Shown piece by piece: positions 30,601-32,745 of a stretch of DNA of 32,745 nt; the first letter of the stretch is position 1; every line of letters starts with the position of its first letter. The notes under the pieces were generated by a model. That model had not been told where the DNA came from. It did no database searches and was given only the letters and a program-made list of their open reading frames with translations. The stretch lies in IMG/VR virus record IMGVR_UViG_3300043395_001001, positions 1 to 32,745 of that record, one strand, 5' to 3'. The position numbers were made by a program, and so were the translations under genes. This stretch comes from a virus. Its lineage: Duplodnaviria; Caudoviricetes.

Positions 30601-31807
30601 ACTCAAGGATCTGGCCGTCGGTCTTGCCTGCGGCCTTCTGCTCGTCACGGAACTTGATGAACTCGCTGCCCTTGCGACTGGCGATGGTGGCGAACGCCGA
30701 CGGGGCGACCGTTTCGAGGTGGCTGTCCCGTTGCGCGATGATGCGGTCCCGTTGCTCGGCGGGGATCTTCGTGCTCTGGGAAAGCGTCTTGTTGAACAGC
30801 TCCTTGTTGAACAGCACCGCGTCAGGAAGACGCACCTCGCCCGTGGACAGGGCGATGACGTTGTTGTCCACGTTCTCGGTGTCCACTTTCGGCGCGACCT
30901 GGAGCTTGACCATGTCGCTGAGGAAGTTCATCCGCTCCTCCGCGTCGGTGAACTCCGCGTGGAGCCCCGCGTTGGCGAGGTAGGTGTCGAGCTGCTCAAG
31001 CTGTGGGGTGAGGTTCTCGCCACCCGCGCTGGCGGCGTCGATGACCTGCTTCATCTTGGCCGAGGATGCCTGATCTTGCATCATGGCGTTGGCCGCAGCC
31101 GCCGTGAACTCCTGCTGCCGCTCCATCCGGTAGAGCGGGGAAGAGTATCCCGGCAGCACTTGTGCCTTCTGCTTGATGAGCGGCACCACGTCTGGACTGA
31201 TACTGGGGTCGGCCTCAAGGTAGCGGGCCATGGCCTCGTCGTCGTTGGCCAGCTCCTCGATTCTCGGGCTGGCGTAGAGCCGCTGCGAGCCATCGGACTC
31301 GGTGAGGAATGCGAACGCCTTGTCGCCACGGTCCACGGCTGCCTTGCGGGCGGCGTTGCGCGGGTCGTCGTAGGTCGTCTTGACCGGACGGGATGAGATC
31401 ACGCCGTCGAGGTTGGCCTTCGCCTCCTCCAGTTTGCCCAGGTAGCTCTCCTGATCGGGGAAGTACGACTTAACCCGGTCGCTGCGCAACGCGGAGTAGG
31501 TGCGTGCGGCGTCGGCGAGCGGGGCGTCACCCGCCTCGGTGGCGTAGCGGTAGAGCAGGTCCGAGTCGTCGTCTTCCGCTTTGGCGTAGAACGTCGCAGC
31601 CGGGTCTTCCCCGAGGTCGATGCCCTCCTCAGCCGCCTTGGTCATCAGCGCCTCGTCGATGTATCCCGCCGTCTCAGGGTCGTATTGTCCGGATCGAAGC
31701 AGGTTGATCTTCGTCTCGCGGCTGTATTTCCGCATCAGGTCGAGGCGGTCTTGATCCTGTGGCTGGGTCGAAACCCACTGGCTGAAGGGCGTGATACTGT
31801 CTGGCAT
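21662..31807 (-). CDS. Large polyvalent protein (3381 aa): N-terminal ejection-like/hydrophobic region, zincin metallopeptidase, three ART-PolyVal-like domains, C-terminal LPD-like helical region
   Basis: HELLH zincin motif (27737-27751) with downstream SSIDEFVT; FHGT...DGVIF...FNPAQIKS, WHGT...GKGFYF...FDGVI...YDPSQIKS and VHFS...GNGFYA...HDAIII modules; Gly/Ala-rich hydrophobic helices in the N-terminal quarter. Confidence 0.85.
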   Translation of the reverse strand: MPDSITPFSQWVSTQPQDQDRLDLMRKYSRETKINLLRSGQYDPETAGYIDEALMTKAAEEGIDLGEDPAATFYAKAEDDDSDLLYRYATEAGDAPLADAARTYSALRSDRVKSYFPDQESYLGKLEEAKANLDGVISSRPVKTTYDDPRNAARKAAVDRGDKAFAFLTESDGSQRLYASPRIEELANDDEAMARYLEADPSISPDVVPLIKQKAQVLPGYSSPLYRMERQQEFTAAAANAMMQDQASSAKMKQVIDAASAGGENLTPQLEQLDTYLANAGLHAEFTDAEERMNFLSDMVKLQVAPKVDTENVDNNVIALSTGEVRLPDAVLFNKELFNKTLSQSTKIPAEQRDRIIAQRDSHLETVAPSAFATIASRKGSEFIKFRDEQKAAGKTDGQILESWMNDKENDPNAWDRYVGGAAMSVADAAGTLFLGPLALMGNTSATDTLQRLQKDQASRKAYSQLYGQNLGWQFDLQNTLAPVAADLATSFGIGAAVRATAGAAVKTSLKAGLRATLRTALTEEANSMVTRFLSRSAAREGTATTADEVITLAGRDMVKNLTSVGSNVGMNAVWFNRSASSTYVGLTSALEAQGKTPEQAREIALPHAMVAGAITLGVTNAFQMLGAKGLERVLTGDLTRGQVSGIYAKLRNEWASLPASFKEGIDMASADTFLRSTIRKGIQSSVLRGVPADAAAEALEEATDSALNAVNEQIGRGEKIDVGAAIKEGVYAGMIGGALGGGVAAIRSGVIGNETPEAEAARVRRETLLSVATKLDKANAPETARALRRLAAGPIPTQDVQNQEEQAAAPSVPEGATQQENLVPDGGVPEAAAPAEAQGEGAVVATPEPAPEPAPEPAPSAPAPVRGRLTNTAPPDATVEERIQEAPQEDLPQAEAEGGVEQAPSDAGVAGVEVTTLGNEPITRNPAKVSQMTPAEYVTWSRENGREKEKGKQLAKLHKADIEDLIREELDTTRVNAEADLGFLGPQYPLSAEAVETYKIKLPDGYVREGDLFVYRPTEVPLPDENQNQQASPLPAEQGQPVEGSPEGEAPQGAALGQGQGAAPVEAVAPNFDDVFDTPSEVAVKETVANGPAYVIDHPQSMEMIATEAGINLDGMDAVEAAQVATVASAPTATAGLEQQRQPVPYKGKVKTEYEAGVENGSSENASVEGVTPNMFDSMILGNIRKANQASKGIGQVTKDYTIPAYWHGWTQGRVDKKAPVGVESVDRYGVVLPEGYVKQGDLYVYRPQGPEQQGQPAPRTTVVSELEQYGFNPNNVTGFLQSVASKSKKPHERQIASLLVKHFGDMLARIPVTLSNLPDENFAGMYLPKSGQVVINSRRVGPRGAVDTVLHELLHAATVESIKNPTAAQQKILNRLERVRQSVQRRALKDDKLANLRYGTSSIDEFVTHFWTDPDFRKAVGELTPKGEKNWLRVIMDTIRDLLNGRVRTESERISAEVVADMTSLLETAAARPWGPSKSDVYLAMPGQATDTARFIELTEDLYRDSDEATAEQIAAWREANPGKWEELSAMREKVLTDAGMRIVFHGTNAPEFNKFDRTKTGTKTDDPLQGMAIWLVDQEDVAASHGERVMKLAVDLKKRTIVDMEGAYHEDVKGKMKKVLRRAMKDGDDGVIFENLEDPGIADWDARYPADIVAVFNPAQIKSADPISPGPRILPDEWADTGSPDIRYQPSDTDASDNDATYLAAVEAGDMETAQRMVDEAARAAGYSIGPVWHGTNREFTEFSKNAKQRTDEGVFGKGFYFGSERYASQFGPPKMFYLKLQNPATSQQVETIRKTGVGVRGEALQKRLRRAGFDGVIAESETYDTEMVAYDPSQIKSADPVTYDDQGNVIPLSQRFQTVSPDIRFQPSGETQQTPLQSDPVQSIRNTLTGFLPDGMTPDEFDIDLISQQVDDIDPVNAEAVIRAHVNHAVAVKAAEDALGDSVDADEKARLKDLFTRITTGNTTDADIVFHRSNPDALQRLMRYLAAAFKSLVERVKLGMGDKRTAVMIDRIGREYHRAKTGWQSEPTTRVFDENEPREKPSTTVSETGPLNPIRAVHFSREPLSITDQIDQDDRDNVFGNGFYAMEPQDEEMWTNMGRWEPGEFRNDVIIDAKNPLIITPDSYLELYVEAEKQKKERGYARTAVNYTIQQRMESGGHDAIIIRGFDWRQTQALQLEVEDRISEEFVPQFEAGRTEGRFVNGEERNAVGERISQEVAGMPLEALFSLSDVQNQIFVPPRNALSVVKTTPPDIRFQPSTTVSETIEEYSPQNWINAQEGNIAHRANQGGDLKGVSGFLKRMFIRQTDMSLASENVRRSYKYLENAQKELGRLVAVDYDKAIKGTVVTDEVRDNLNRAIGTTEPQLTRSDTQRINEEVKRRQVVLAETEDAERKEAQRVARNAIAAAKRQVQSDLRLAEEIEEEGRLKTQARKAAISDYEKAYKRIRETRQKAYDQAKEKRASGENTVMDFQRDMENRAMEANMREFARQRDLSQQWLDTNAPKVGTWVRRFRSQRLALQKEFIKLYPASEAPDFHAKLTRSEDLYLVRSYAIHHNPALAQQMLNDPKFEQIRQSAIETFRKSFAEQEIELMRNLNKYQGLTDEQLAAAQEQFSIGREVARLQRKAGPEADPEELMSIAKVNVAERARLAFEDFIMGHDIQDTVESATHGLRLPIDRLRQKKDIDPAIREALQEVTDPLFNSLRTLEALSKLITSNRQTAELAAIGTAEGWLITKAQKDANRNLYDKWVPIVSANPEHRSYPHLAGLYTSPEGKKAFDSAYGTGGRSSTNTSQAVLTGLNNRLRNLAGVSMGVVTLGNLAYFTRGFAGSHITAIAVGAIPFASGGAYKKGYRMSLFSSVLGEDTRWFDTFVKDPETFRNQMLELVSSGVLKDSNQVSYLNELIEAGSKTPSQAVALAEKYVNKASIDALGTIKGKASKALEFLTKMADFTEGVVSPIVYYYWKDLLTKAKFGTEEEIKQEAARRTKRVTPTHSMRSQAVETFSQNGISALIAPFIGFKSEMIRSTFEIYRLIQEDYKSGNDVLRRSAHQRAAIAATVHGGLTMIAPLALAASAGIGDDEDEAIRAALPSYSQNSSFIPLINRDDKTITLIDLTFANPYSFPIDPFTSTMRNLLNGKPEDIPNTWYRFLADGMFGEQVAVSKLIDVKRNINETTGLPIYLESDTDAEKLRKSLMHVVAGAYTPATIKKLADLKDSLNDGDTGRDNWWYSPAGITFSMVAIFRPRNYRIEDMRFRAFNNQRKANSELWQITSSLKSPAPLDASVEDIYADRVDATRRVWQKIDRLASGFEGLGSDKNEIARSMVDTGLSRRRTTLVLNGHVTDLPVMGEEERQDIYRISPERLRQLDAAYRMHPRYLQLRD
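25007..25677 (-). repeat. 26-bp direct repeat (25/26 identical) flanking a low-GC in-frame ART-like cassette
   Basis: TGTTTCAGAGACGGTGGTGGAGGGCT (25007-25032) and TGTTTCGGAGACGGTGGTGGAGGGCT (25652-25677); offset 645 nt = 215 codons; both encode PSTTVSET. Confidence 0.9.
26277..26829 (-). repeat. 28-bp direct repeat (27/28) at the ends of ART-like modules 1 and 2
   Basis: GGGTCGGCGGATTTGATTTGGG(A/C)GGGGT at 26277-26304 and 26802-26829; offset 525 nt = 175 codons; encodes P(S/A)QIKSADP. Confidence 0.9.
28600..28734 (-). CDS. Nested +1-frame basic peptide C (44 aa): MKTKTNKQVRYLLSKVSPLKEAQKEKLLKELHSGKVKVLPRSKP
   Basis: ATG..TAG inside the giant ORF; G/C at third position in 41/45 codons in this frame versus 13/45 in the giant-ORF frame. 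Confidence 0.65.
   Translation of the reverse strand: MKTKTNKQVRYLLSKVSPLKEAQKEKLLKELHSGKVKVLPRSKP
29062..29178 (-). CDS. Nested +1-frame basic peptide B (38 aa): MPPSKNESKKPPKKTFLKLKQKEGLSRHQAMQAWLALK
   Basis: ATG..TGA; GC3 35/39 in this frame versus 15/39 in the giant-ORF frame; C/A-rich leader CACCAACACCGCACCGCCAG. Confidence 0.5.
   Translation of the reverse strand: MPPSKNESKKPPKKTFLKLKQKEGLSRHQAMQAWLALK
29275..29409 (-). CDS. Nested +1-frame basic peptide A (44 aa): MSRTKKNKPLHHRCQRGRRSKRTLSLMAAFRKLLRLPKRKVKVR
   Basis: ATG..TAG; GC3 41/45 in this frame versus 21/45 in the giant-ORF frame; leader CCAATACCTACCCAGG. Confidence 0.5.
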   Translation of the reverse strand: MSRTKKNKPLHHRCQRGRRSKRTLSLMAAFRKLLRLPKRKVKVR

Positions 31808-31829
31808 AGCAGGCGTCTGGGTATGTGGA

Positions 31830-31861
31830 CGGATAGTGCGCTATCCGGGGGTGGGTGTCAA
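31830..31861 (-). promoter_or_regulatory. Promoter of the giant gene, overlapped by inverted repeat CGGATAG-TGCG-CTATCCG
   Basis: TTGACA (31861-56), N17, CACTAT; inverted repeat 31830-31847 spans the -10. Confidence 0.5.
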
Positions 31862-31865
31862 CCCG

Positions 31866-32303
31866 CTAATCACCAAAAGTGACATCCCACGCGATCATCC
31901 CGATGAACCACAGGAGTATGGCTGGCGAAAGCACGGATACCACCAATGCGGTGAGAAGCCCAGCCAATGGTCGCGCCCAAGGTGGGGTCTTCTGGATCTG
32001 TCTGCGGAGGTTGTCTGCGATGCTCCTGGCGTTGTGGTGGTCAGGTGGCGCGGGCGGGGTAGGCGCGTCCATCCACAGTATGCCTTCCTTGGTGGCTGTC
32101 GCCTCTGACACGATCTGCATCGTCTCGTGGTCACAGATGTGACCCCACGGGCTCCGGCAGTTGAACTCCTTGGCCCAAGCAAATCGGTTCTTCTCGTAGA
32201 GCTTCTTCAGTTCTTCGACTGTTCCGAAGCCACGGAACTCGTGCGCTCCACCTTCAGGGTAGTATGCCGCTCCTGCAAAGAGGATGTATCGCTTGGTGGT
32301 CAT
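31866..32303 (-). CDS. Hypothetical protein, paralog 1, with C-terminal TM segment (145 aa)
   Basis: KRYILFAGAAYYPEGG.HEFRGFGTVEELKKLY N-terminal domain; hydrophobic C-terminus. Confidence 0.75.
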   Translation of the reverse strand: MTTKRYILFAGAAYYPEGGAHEFRGFGTVEELKKLYEKNRFAWAKEFNCRSPWGHICDHETMQIVSEATATKEGILWMDAPTPPAPPDHHNARSIADNLRRQIQKTPPWARPLAGLLTALVVSVLSPAILLWFIGMIAWDVTFGD

Positions 32304-32304
32304 G

Positions 32305-32643
32305 CTATTCTGATTGGGGTGTCAACGGGTTACCGCGAGGTGTGTTCACATACTCGACCCCGCTGCCCACGCAAGGGATGTTCTTGAGGTCCTTTTTACT
32401 CGGCATCTCCACCCAGCGAATACCATCCGGTCCGTGGACAGCTACGGAGACTACCTTCATCGTGTCGTGGTCACACACGTGACCCCACGACCCGCAGAAA
32501 GAATACTCCTTTACCCACAGAGGGTAGCTCGTCTCGTAGAGCTTCTTCAGTTCTTCGACTGTTCCGAAACCACGGAACTCTTGTGACCCGCCATCAGGGT
32601 AAAAAACCCTTCCGGCGAAGAGGCTGTATCGCTTGGTGCTCAT
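32305..32643 (-). CDS. Hypothetical protein, paralog 2, soluble (112 aa)
   Basis: Shares the first ~78 aa domain with 31866..32303. Confidence 0.75.
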   Translation of the reverse strand: MSTKRYSLFAGRVFYPDGGSQEFRGFGTVEELKKLYETSYPLWVKEYSFCGSWGHVCDHDTMKVVSVAVHGPDGIRWVEMPSKKDLKNIPCVGSGVEYVNTPRGNPLTPQSE

Positions 32644-32745
32644 GATTCTTTCCCCATCAGTTTGAACCTCTCCGCAGGTGGGAGTTGCATCAATGCCTTG
32701 TGGTTGGCCGCACGCTCTTCGTCGGTCGGGACGGGTGGGTCGTCG
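32640..32745 (-). CDS. 3' end of a gene entering from the right edge (...DDPPVPTDEERAANHKALMQLPPAERFKLMGKES)
   Basis: Open frame from the edge, ending in a TGA that overlaps the next ATG (ATGA). Confidence 0.5.
   Translation of the reverse strand, partial: DDPPVPTDEERAANHKALMQLPPAERFKLMGKES

Overview
The window is a contiguous stretch of a GC-rich tailed phage (Caudoviricetes) genome or prophage covering its morphogenesis region. On the minus strand, read right to left, are a putative small terminase (HTH), portal, scaffold, major capsid, three capsid-fibre/decoration-like genes, tail proteins, a beta-helix tailspike, a membrane-anchored cupin, a holin and a truncated HEXXH protein. The large terminase is transcribed divergently on the plus strand. 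Two putative internal-virion genes converge on a 3381-aa large polyvalent protein. No tape measure, sheath, integrase, tRNA or CRISPR array is recognisable. The most unusual signals are: (1) three short Lys/Arg-rich genes nested in the +1 frame inside the giant gene, with a codon-bias switch to that frame; (2) three low-GC ADP-ribosyltransferase-like modules in the giant gene, one flanked by a 26-bp in-frame direct repeat like a swappable cassette; (3) a capsid-gene leader with a tandem structured-RNA-like motif and two related palindromes; (4) repeated sigma70-like promoters placed exactly 6 nt before start codons, which suggests leaderless mRNAs. All product calls come from motif recognition by eye and gene order; no database searches were run.
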